From Folioceros fuciformis (lineage: Eukaryota), in NCBI GenBank assembly GCA_049999805.1, contig JBNGIO010006294.1, forward strand, positions 377,115-408,963: DNA of 31,849 bases, written 5' to 3'. A program made the translations under genes and the position numbers. The first letter of the stretch is position 1; every line of letters begins with the position of its first letter. Below are positions 22,128-31,849 of the stretch, piece by piece. The notes under the pieces were generated by a model. It saw nothing but the letters and a program-made list of their open reading frames with translations. It made no database searches and was not told where the DNA came from.

Positions 22128-23370
22128 TTAAAAGTTCTACCATAAAATCCCAAGAAAACACAAATGGAGAAGAAGACCCAAACACCAAAATAGGGTCGAA
22201 CCACAAGACAAGACATGGTCAACGACATATGTATATGGTTGCTAAACTAATAATTAATTTATCAAGCTATATGTTAAGCTGTGGACCCGGCCCGCTCCTC
22301 CGAGGCTACAGTTTCCTCATAGCGCCGTTCGGAACGACCGGCGCCGTGAGCCACAGTTTCCTTAACTTAGGAAAGTCCAAAACGAAGTAGTCTCGGGGTC
22401 GTTCGCGTTGTGAACGGTTCTTCAGGCTTCACTACTATGGTTGTAGGCTCTCCCCAAGTGTTGACGAGAAGGCGAGGCGCTTCGTTTAGGGTTCGGGGTT
22501 TAGACTCCCAGGCGGGGCCCGTCGGTTCTTGTTGTGTCAAGGGCTTCCGAAAGAGAAGCTAGGTCGGACGCTGTTCTCCGCCTCTTGCCTGCTTGTGGTC
22601 ATTTTCTGTCGCCCGAGATGGCGCAGGAGTTCGATGATGATGAGGAGTAGCTTTGTTGCAGCTCAGGATTGTCGCTGGAGTGTAGGGTTCTCGTGTTTGG
22701 TTGGCGGCTGTCTGCCCCTTGCTTGGTGATGTCTGTACCGAACAAACTACTGATGTCCCTGCGGACCGATGTGGAAACCTGTTGCTGACCATAAGCTTCT
22801 ATGTGGAGTATGTTTTGCCTGTTAGTTGATGGGGTTTCTGGCCGGTGATGAATTGTCATCTTACCTACATTGCCTGAACAGCTATGTCGAGAACACCATG
22901 GATTACTGAGGCCTTGTGAAAACTGTAGCGTGAAGTAGGTGACGTCTGTGGTGGAGACCGGAGGCAATGACGATTGTTGTCTTACCAATTTTGTGAGAAC
23001 GTGTGTACTTACCTGTGATCTGTACCAACCAATAGATCCTCCTGAGCCTCCTGTCGTGAAGTACTTATCGAGTCCGTCTGCTTAGGCTGATTCTGGAGTG
23101 TATTTTCTTCGGTGCTGTTCAAGCCTATGGACTATGCTCAATGCTGTGGACTATGCCGAAATTGTAACTGAGTAGCAGTGATGCTCATTTATCACTGCAA
23201 TATTTAATCTTATGATCGTCTTTTGTGCAATCATGTAATCCGTGTGTCTACGGCAATCGACTTTCGTGTTTCATTCTCCTCTGTCCTCTCGGCGGGGGAC
23301 CTCTAAGGCTTGGACGCTGCAATTGTGCAGGGAAGCAGTATACCGTCGGTTATCAAGCACCCATTCTACG

Positions 23371-24405
23371 ATGTCGCACACCCGAGTTTGCCTGGTCGCT
23401 GGATATCCCTTGCTTATCTTCCTCTTGCTCTCGACACGGGTCGTTTCAGTGTACCATCTGGTGTCCAAGGCAAAACCAAGTGCGGTGGACGGAAAGGTGC
23501 TGTATCCCACGGTTGAAGTGCTGAATGGAGCGGCTACAGTGTGGCAAATTCCACTACAATGCAAGGCAGTGCTGTTCATAGCGCATCCAAGCGGCGCGGA
23601 CCCTTTCAGGTTCTGGGATCCCCACCCCAGGTGCCCCCAGTGCACCGGCTACCCGGAGCATCGGGCTCTGGTTCAGGCTGCCTTGTCGTGGGGATATGCG
23701 GTTATTGCAATCGGCAGTTTGGAGCATGAATGGCAGTACCGGGACCTGGACAGCTCGCGGGATTTCCAGAATGTGGAGTTTATCTTGGGCAGCTGGGCTG
23801 TTGAGCGTGGGCTGGAGATGCTCCCTGTTACCGCACTGGGGATTTCCCTAGGCGGGATCTTCGTGGCTGCCGCTGCCGATCGCATCGGGTTCGACGCGGT
23901 GGGGCTGATGATCTCGTCCGGTTTGGAGGGAGGGTTCCGGGACGTTGCGCCCTTCCCGCCCGTTATCTTTCTGCACATGCCTAAGGACTGGAGGATCCAG
24001 CCTGCGGTGGTAGCAGCAGTGGGAGAGCTGGAGGCCCAAGGCATTCCGGCCGCGGCAGTGGAGTGCTTGGAGTTTGCTGTCCACGCAGGTCTCTTCGCTG
24101 AACGCATTCATGAAATTGATTGGGAGCACTCTGCGAAGATTCGGGTTGCATTGCAGGATGTGGGAGTTCTGGACGGTGCGGGGTATGTGGTGGATAGCTA
24201 CGCAGAGAGAGACTGGAGGAGCGCTGTGAAGGAGGTGGTGAAAGAGATTTCATCGGACCTGGAGCTTACTGTGGAGCGCATTGCACAGGAACTGAATCTT
24301 GCCTATGCGTTTCATGCCACAACTAGCTTGAAGTCGCGCGAGTTGTTTGAGTGGTTGGATTCGAAAGGGCGGATGCTTTCCCAGCGGGAAGAGAAACTGA
24401 GGTAG
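23371..24405 (+). CDS. Conserved plant protein with predicted alpha/beta-hydrolase fold and N-terminal hydrophobic anchor/signal, 344 aa, single coding exon
   Basis: Intact ORF; WQIP..KAVLFIAH..FWD..CPQC.GYPE family-type motif, GISLG nucleophile elbow, FLHMPKD, C-terminal AYAFHATTS. Probable 5'UTR intron acceptor at 23330; telo-box near 22484. Confidence 0.8.
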   Translation: MSHTRVCLVAGYPLLIFLLLSTRVVSVYHLVSKAKPSAVDGKVLYPTVEVLNGAATVWQIPLQCKAVLFIAHPSGADPFRFWDPHPRCPQCTGYPEHRALVQAALSWGYAVIAIGSLEHEWQYRDLDSSRDFQNVEFILGSWAVERGLEMLPVTALGISLGGIFVAAAADRIGFDAVGLMISSGLEGGFRDVAPFPPVIFLHMPKDWRIQPAVVAAVGELEAQGIPAAAVECLEFAVHAGLFAERIHEIDWEHSAKIRVALQDVGVLDGAGYVVDSYAERDWRSAVKEVVKEISSDLELTVERIAQELNLAYAFHATTSLKSRELFEWLDSKGRMLSQREEKLR

Positions 24406-24472
24406 ATTGGTTGGTGCTGTGACTACAACAGCGGATGCACAGGCTCAGGGACAAGATCGAACCTGTGCTCAG

Positions 24473-25566
24473 TTACACAACTTTTTTCACCTCCTGCAGC
24501 TTCTTCTTGTCATGCAACCCGAACATCTCTTCGAATAAGTACTCCCGCAGCCATGACGGAGAGTAGTAGAGGACGTAGAACAGTGTCGAAAGGTGTCCAA
24601 ACACGACGGTCCTGGGACTGTTCGTTTTCTGGACAGCTTCAAGGATTTTCCGAGCCAAATCCGTACTCGGTGTTGATTTCGATGACTGAGAGCCAACAGC
24701 CCGCTTTTCAATGACAGTATCATATGGTTGGTACAACTTCAAACCAGGCAGATTTTGTTTCGATCTGAGTGCTTGCTTTCCAATGTTGGAAATGATGGCC
24801 CCCGGTGCAACGAGGATGACCTGTATGTCGAACGGTTTCAGCTCCAACCTGTGCGATCTGGAACTGATCAGAGGTTCTGGAAATGCATTTACGCTCAGGT
24901 TTTCATCATCAACGCCTCAGAGTACCTCAAAGTCTCGGTGAAAGAGTGCACTGCTGCTTTGGTTGACGCATAAACACCTGCCCAAGGGGCAGGACAGAAG
25001 GCAGAGATGCTCCCAATGTTCACAATCTTCCCTTTCCGTCTGGCTGCCATGTGCGGCACCACTGCTCGGATGAGGGAGAGTGGACCTGCAATGTAGCGGA
25101 TCAGGAAAACCGAACGATCTCGCGATACACATGCAAGGTATACATGTTCCAGCGCAACAGATTGTCTCCGCATTTCACTCCAAGCAACAGGCACTAGTTT
25201 CTTAACACAATCTGGGGAAGAGGTATGTAGTCACCTACCATACACATTGGTCTTGTAGCACCTCTCTAGCATGTCGTGGGGAACCTCAGCAAGAGGCCCG
25301 ATACACTGTGTCCCAGCATTGTTAATGAGCACATCTATGTGCCCAAACTTGGCCACCACGGTGTCCACCGTTTCTTCAATCACAGACTGCTCTGCAGTCA
25401 CGTCAAGCTGGAGCAACTCCACGTCTGGATACTGCTCCAACGACTTCATCCACTCCACGGAGAGGTCAGTTGCCACAACTGTGAATCCTGCACTTGCAAA
25501 CACGAGGCACAGGGCATTGCCGATGCCACCGTCTGAGCAACCTGTGATCAGCACAACCTGCTTCAT
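24473..25566 (-). CDS. Classical short-chain dehydrogenase/reductase (AYR1-like), copy A, 287 aa; exons 25566-25239, 25085-24926, 24848-24473
   Basis: TGCSDGGIG, DVLINNAG, IVNIGSIS, YASTK catalytic motif, LELKPFDIQVILVAPGAI; canonical GT-AG introns, in frame (864 nt). Confidence 0.92.
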
Positions 25567-26589
25567 CACGTCGACTGTGCTGAAGCAGGCCAAAGCCACA
25601 TTCGGGTTGCAATTAGGTGCGGTCAATTAGGTGTTTATGTACACGAAGGCAGGGCCTACCCGCATCTACAAAGTAGATCCTCATCTCGCCGGTTCGGCGA
25701 TATCCCCTGCGTTGCCAAGTGTAGTCATGGCGCTTGACGAGTGTTAGTCACCTCCGTCCATCACGAGGTTCAGCTGGGTCATATGTGTGCAAAAGCACCA
25801 GCCACAAGGCATGTCGAGCTGTAGGCAACGACGGCAGCACTGGACTATGCGCCTGACCTGGGGAAAAAGAGGTCAAGTTGCAAACAAAACGAACGTTGGG
25901 TACCGATCCAGTCCGTCAATATCCCTGAGACTGGAGATGCAGCGAGGTGTCATTTTATATTCCCTCCAATTCCATCAAGACCACCACACTGTGGGTTGGC
26001 CCTGAACTGGCAGGGAGGCGCTGTCAGACCCTTTGATGTGGAGTAGGTGCAGGAGTGATGGGGCTTTCTCAAGCAGCTGGCCAGCTACAGTGAAACCCTC
26101 TTCATTGACTACCTAGCCATGTAAGATGGAGAAGGTCTACTTACGGCTCATGACGTCGGTGAACAAAGGCACAGCTTTGGCACACTCGCCAGAAGTTGTG
26201 GCTAAGAGGAGCAACACCGTGCTCACCATTGTCGCGAAGAGCAGCTTTCTGTCTCCGTTCTCGTACTCCAGGACGTGATCGTGAGTTTCACCATCTCTTA
26301 CGTTTCACCTACCCCTGTTTCCATCTGCAGCTACGCATCACAAACGCTAAAAGATACACAACGAGACGTTGAGCATTTTGAAATGTGTTTCACCTGGTGG
26401 GATATTACCTCCCCCGAAAGTGGATCATTGTCCCCTGAGATGATGAGAACCCTTATGGCGTTTGAGACAACGGTGGGAAGAAGCGTAAACGAGCGGCAAC
26501 TTCTGCCCTCATTTTCGGTGGCTGCCAGGAAGAAGTGAGCTTCCATATCCTCCCTTCAGGAAAGGCTCAAATCCGGGTGGACGTCTGGA

Positions 26590-26910
26590 AGCTGAGGCAT
26601 CTTCCTGGCTGCAAATGCTGACCGGATTGCGCTGAATCGTGGGGGAGGGCTTATAAATTCGCGCTGTTGCGCGCAGGATGCAGGGACAGGACATTCCGGC
26701 AGCTGCAGTTACATGCCTGGAGTCGCACTCCGGTCAGATCTACGAGGATTCATTGGATGGTTGGGGAGTAGTCCGCAAGGCTAGGCTTTGGGCTGCATTC
26801 CATGATGTGGACCAGATGGCAGGGACTGGAGTAGCGTTTCGGAGGGAGCTGATGAAAGCGACTTCACCTCAACTTGAGCTTTCATTACACAGGAACTGAA
26901 ATGCTTTCCC
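26590..26910 (+). pseudogene. Decayed partial copy of the alpha/beta-hydrolase gene at 23371-24405
   Basis: GIFLAANADRIAL vs GIFVAAAADRIGF; QGQDIPAAAVTCLE vs EAQGIPAAAVECLE; ARLWAAFHDVDQMAGTG vs AKIRVALQDVGVLDGAG; RELMKATSPQLELSL vs KEVVKEISSDLELTV. Internal deletions present. Confidence 0.75.
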
Positions 26911-26978
26911 AGCTGGAAGGGGAACTGAGGGCTCACCGCGCCGTTCAGGGTACGGGGCACGACCGAAGGTGTGCCCAA

Positions 26979-28132
26979 TTACACAGCTTTCTTCACCTCC
27001 TCTAGCACCTTCTTGTCATGCAACCCGAACATTCTCGCGAATAAGTAGTCCCGGAGCCATGAAGGAGCGTAGTAGAGGACGTAGAAGAGGGTGGAAAGAT
27101 GGCCAAACACCAGGTTGCGGGGACTGCTCTGTTTCAGGACTGCTTCAAGGGTCTTGCGAGCCAATTCCGCGCTTGGTGTTGATTTCGCTGATTGAGAGAC
27201 CATAGCGCGGTTGTGAATATGTGTGTCATACGGTTGGAACAGCTTCAATCCTGTTAGACTTTCTTTTGACCTGACTGCCTGCCTTCCCATGTTGGAAGTA
27301 ATGGCCCCTGGTGCAACGAGGATGACCTGTATTCCGAATGGTTGCAGCTCCAACCTGTGATACGGGAACACTTGGGTTCAAGAACCGCGTGTATGGACAG
27401 GACATGTTTCCACATGGACAACCTGCAGGTAGAATTACCTCAGAGTTTCGGTTAGAGAATGCATTGCTGCTTTGGAGGACGCGTAAACACCTGCCCAGGG
27501 GGCAGGACAGAAGGCACTGATGCTACCAACGTTCACAATCTTTCCTCCTTTCCGCCTGGCAGCCATATGAGGAACCACTGCTCGAATGAGGGATAGTGGA
27601 CCTGCAAGGAGGCGGATCAGACAGTCACCACCACCACCAGGACAAGCACTCCCTTCGGGCAACGATTGGAGTTGCAGGCAGAGAAAAGAAAGTAGGCATA
27701 TCCCAGAGCTACAGCATGTCCAATCATCTGCCGTAAACACTTCTTGCTGCTCAGCTAGAAATCAAACAACGCCGAGGGAAGGGAAGATGCAAGTAGTCAA
27801 TCACCAAACACGTTGGTCTTGTAGCACCTCTCTAGCATGTCGTGCGGGACCTCAGCCAGAGGTCCGATACACTGTGTCCCAGCATTGTTTATGAGGACGT
27901 CGATGTGCCCAAACTTGTCCACCACAGATTCTACCGTCTCCTCGATTACAGCCTGCTCTGCAGTCACGTCCAGCTGAAGCAACTCCACGTCCTGTATCTG
28001 CTCCAACGACTTCATCGATTCCAGGGAGCGTGCGGTTGCCACAACCTTGAAGCCTGCATATGCAAACTCTACAGCCAGGGCATGGCCGATGCCACCGTCT
28101 GAACATCCCGTGATCACCACAACCTCCTTCAT
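26979..28132 (-). CDS. Classical short-chain dehydrogenase/reductase (AYR1-like), copy B, 288 aa; exons 28132-27805, 27601-27439, 27354-26979
   Basis: TGCSDGGIG, ATARS, DVLINNAG, YASSK; same exon structure as copy A, in frame (867 nt). Confidence 0.92.
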
Positions 28133-29083
28133 CACCTCGATTGCGTGGAAACAGGGCGGTCCACAATCGGGTTCAGTGATGTGTACGATTCTCTCGCATA
28201 TAATAGATATACGAACACGGACATGATGAAAGTTAGTGAAAAAGGTAGGGTAAATTCTCTTGTACTTGCTATTCAAAGACCCAGGATTAAACCTTACCCA
28301 ACAGGGCCGATATTTGAGTTTTACAATTACACTTCTTTCCTCCGATGTAAGAGCTGTTAGGCAACGCTCACACAGGTTTGGCTCCCCCTTGTCTCCGGGG
28401 TACCGATTTCCGGTCGTGTTGCAACAGAATGGTGCTGGGCCTGGTCGCGCAAGCCGTGCTTCAGGCTGTAACGGAGCTTGTCTTGTGGGAGTCGGCAGGG
28501 ATGGCATTTTCCAGCAGGTTGATGTAGTGGATGACCGGCGGGGGGAGTTGATGGAAGGGAGCACTAGGCAGGAAGAAGCAGGTGATGCAGGCAGAGCGAG
28601 GGCGCGTGAAAGTGCGGGTGAGTGCACTGCTTGTGGTGTGGGGATGTGTGCCCCTTTGCTCTTGTGCTGTGCAGCCCTAAACGGTAGAGTGTGCAATGAG
28701 AGCTGGCGGTGAGATATTGTCATTCTGCCGGGAAACTGTCGTCGACGGGGGTAATTGGGGTTGGAGCCAGGCCTTTGGAATTTCAACTCGTGCTCGTCGT
28801 CGCCGTCCTCGTCAGCTTCTTATGCTGCCGGCCCCTGTCTTGTATTGTGACAAGCTTCATGTGGTTGTGGGAAAGCAAGCGCAGAAAATTCGCACCCAGC
28901 TCGCGCGACAGGAGAGCTGGGCGGCAGGAGCACGAGCTCCAGGGCAAGAATTCGAGCTCCCCGTTCCTGTCCTCGTCGCTCTCTGCCACACGCATTGTGA
29001 TCAGGAAGGTTTCCTTATGATTCAAGAAATCTGCAACGGACTCAAGTCTGCCGCCTTTGTAAAAGGTTTTGTGGGCGAGAGGG

Positions 29084-31638
29084 ATGGGCACCGAGTATGA
29101 TATGAACCAAAATGCTTTTGCGGTATCCCATGAGGATCAAGGAGCTGAGTCTCCGCCGGTGTGGGAGCCGCAGGAGTATAAGGGCTGGGCACAGGAGAGC
29201 ACAACAGAAAATCTTGGGACTTACGTGCCTGATCCCTATGCTCCACCATCCGAGACGGTGCATTCCGATAATGAAAGTAATCAAGAGCCGAGTACTGCTG
29301 GCCAGGATCAGCAATGGGCTAGTTACTACCCTGCTCCTACGTCACAACAGCAGGTACTTTGTCCATCTTTCTTTTCTGCCATGATTAGGTCTTCATAGCG
29401 TCGTCGGTTGCAGCTTGAAACCTTTGCGTTTTATTCCGGCGACTCTTCACCATCCACAATGTCTAGAACCGTGGCTTCTTTTAATAGTTTCTATTAGCTT
29501 GAGACATGAAAAACGTTTAATAGCTGCTTTCAGTTGTTTTTGATAGGTTGGAACACGAAAAACGTTCATAGCAGTAGTAGGTGTATGTAAATCGAAGCTG
29601 TCACGTTGACCCCTTGGGCCCTGTGCTGCCAGATGACTCTCATTTCTTGTGTGGCAGGAAGCGGGAATTAACCAGGGTCAAGGGAGCTTTGCACCTCCAC
29701 CACTTCCAATTGCGCCCCCCCCTCAGCCACCTCCACCTCCAGATATTGCATCTGCTACCTCATGGAGCTCCTTAGGGCAGACTACAGGTGGAAGTGAGCT
29801 GAAGATGGATCCCTCTGGGTATGCTACAGTTAGCTATTATTCGCAGGGACAGCAACCTGTTCAAGATGGAAGCTATGCTCCACAAGATAGTCAAACAAAT
29901 TTACCCGGCCCCACTGTGTCTGGGTCTAGCACACCATCAGCGAATGGTTCTCACACTTACGGACAGACATACTCTGGGTATGGAAGCACTGCTGACCCCT
30001 ATGCCTATGGCGGTTCTGGATACCAAAACTATAACTATGGTTATCTACAGCAAGGTAACGATTCTTACTCTCAGAGCACAGGGGCCTATCAAAATTCAGG
30101 TGCTCCTTATCAGGCTGCTGTTAACTCCTTTCAAAACACAAGCTCATATGCAGACACAGCATCTTATCAGAACACAAGCACTTATTACAATAATGCTGGT
30201 GTTTATCAGAACACGGGAGCATACACAGCCTACGGTACAGTACCAAACACATGGAGTGATAGCAGCTTTGGAAACTATGGTGGTTACACAGGCTATACAG
30301 GTTATTCAGGACAAGACGCAACAGCAAATGCAACTGTCTCTCAACATCAATCTCAGTACCCACAGGACTACCAGGCCCAGTGGGCTGAGTACTATGCAAG
30401 TTTGCAGAGCCAAAATACGGAGCCTAGTGGGCCTCCTGGCACTGATTTGGCATTGCCCAGCAGTGCAGTTACAAGCCCTGCGGCGCCCACATATGCAAGT
30501 ATTGTGGCTCATGGGGCTTCTGCCAACTTTTCTGTGCCGACAAGCCAGCCTCCACCTCCAGGCACCCAGCCTTCTTGGCCACAACAATACAGTGAAGCGC
30601 TTCCTGCTCAGGTGTGTCTGCTTTTCAAGTTGCGTAATGTGTGTCAATATGATTTCCTGTGAGATCCAGAATTTTGTCAACGAGTAAGAGTAGGTCTGGG
30701 ATTGTGCCCTGCTGTCTTTTGCTTTTTACTTGGTGTTTTCATTTCAACGTGGATTTCTGTATTGTCGTGCATGTACTCACTAATGCTTTGATGTTGAATG
30801 CTCTTTTGAACAGGTCAGCTCACTGCAACCTGTGCAAAAGCCAGTGCTAAACAGCTGGGAAGCCCCCTCCGTGCTAACAGCTGATGAACAGGGTTCGGCT
30901 CCCCAGATTCAGGCCCAACTGCAGCCAGCTCCAGTCATCCAGCAGCAGCAGGCTCAGACTGTGGTCCAATATCCGATCTCACACCCTCAACATTCTGTAC
31001 AGTATCCGCAGCAGCAGCAACAGTCTCACCAACAGCAGCAGCAACCTACGCATTACCAGCAGTCTGTGCAGGTAGTGACATCCCAATATCAGCAAGCACA
31101 GCTGCACCAGCAGGCACGTTACATCCAGCCCCAGCCACAGAATCAGTCCCACCTGACAGGACAGCAGCAGGAACGTCAGCAGGCTTCTCCAGGTTTCCAT
31201 TCACAGGCTCAAGATATGACAAGTTCAGAATCTGGTCTTTGGAGACCTGGGAAAATTCAAGTTCCCAGTGACTCCAGGATAACACAGACTGTTGGAGCTC
31301 TGAGTGGCACAAATAAGGGTCCCTCAGCAGATGTCTCCAAACCGGCATATATCAGCGTCGGGAAATCAAGGATGTCATCAGATGATGTTGCGGATGCCAC
31401 TCTCCAGGTATTGATAAGTCAAAACCTGGCGAGTGTTTGAAGTCCGTGGAATTGTCACCTTTTTGCCAGAAGTGTGTGTGTGTTACTTTTTAAATGCGCT
31501 TTCTGATCTGATGTACGTCCATGTGGAAACTGGCAGCCTGGGATGTTCCCCCCTTCTCTCCGTGCCTACGTGGAAAGAGCGCTGTCTCGGTGCAGAGATG
31601 ATGCACAAAAGGCAGCCTGTCAGGAGATTATGAAAGAG
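29084..31638 (+). CDS. SAC3A: SAC3 family protein A / LENG8-like, 5' part only; exons 29084 (or 29102)-29353, 29658-30611, 30814-31407, 31537-31638, continuing beyond the window
   Basis: Tyr/Gln/Ser-rich N-terminus with QWAEYY, PPPPGTQ, KIQVP..RI, KPAYISV, then LQPGMFPPSLRAYVERALSRCRDDAQKAACQEIMKE, characteristic of plant SAC3A. Phase-0 GT-AG introns. Confidence 0.85.
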
Positions 31639-31849
31639 GTAAGCTGTTTGATTTCCCTGTCCTCCGTGTTCAGTCAAAGGAGTACTGCTCTTCACTTTGT
31701 CTAGCTTTCCTACGTGGTTCGTCTTCTTGCTTGGTGTTCTTACAAGAGTCATGTCTCTCAGTAGCTGCTGCTTGATAGATTTGTTGCTTCCCTGCGCTTG
31801 AATATGCTTGCATTGGGAACACGTATATGTATGTATATATGCATTGCTG

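Noticed and set aside
20460-22400. Right TIR of the transposon or resumption of the LINE
   Set aside because: Searched by eye for the reverse complement of 12418-12450 and for the LINE's expected W..LC.PK..GGLG motif; neither found.
28133-28786. Long N-terminal extension of the 329-aa ORF 27797-28786
   Set aside because: SDR homology starts at MKEVVVITG (28132), matching copy A's exon length; the upstream part looks like chance read-through.
29821-30687. 288-aa alternative-frame ORF inside SAC3A exon 2
   Set aside because: Shadow frame of a compositionally biased exon; no motifs.

Overview
Eukaryotic, intron-containing land-plant genomic DNA. Short introns and the gene set suggest a bryophyte, possibly a hornwort (inference only). 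Host genes: a 9-exon two-HMG-box gene with MSA-type promoter motifs (minus, 1326-3262); a single-exon alpha/beta-hydrolase-fold gene (plus, 23371-24405); two tandem AYR1-like SDR genes (minus, 24473-25566 and 26979-28132) with a decayed second hydrolase copy between them; and the first four exons of a SAC3A/LENG8-type gene (plus, from 29084). The middle (~6.2-20.6 kb) is a block of decayed mobile DNA: a coiled-coil ORF remnant of probable LTR-retrotransposon origin, an L1-type LINE cut off at 12417, and a ~8 kb DNA transposon. The transposon is the most interesting feature. It carries a Sola-like/DUF7869-type DDD transposase gene and, divergently, a spliced gene fusing a ParB/Srx-like domain to a bacterial-type beta-class N4-C/N6-A DNA methyltransferase. 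It also contains 12 copies of a 22-bp palindrome (GTGCGCCGGT-NN-ACCGGCGCAC) in regularly spaced arrays inside introns of both genes and near the left end. This copy is pseudogenised, mostly by C>T/G>A changes. All family assignments are from motifs recognised by eye; no searches were run.
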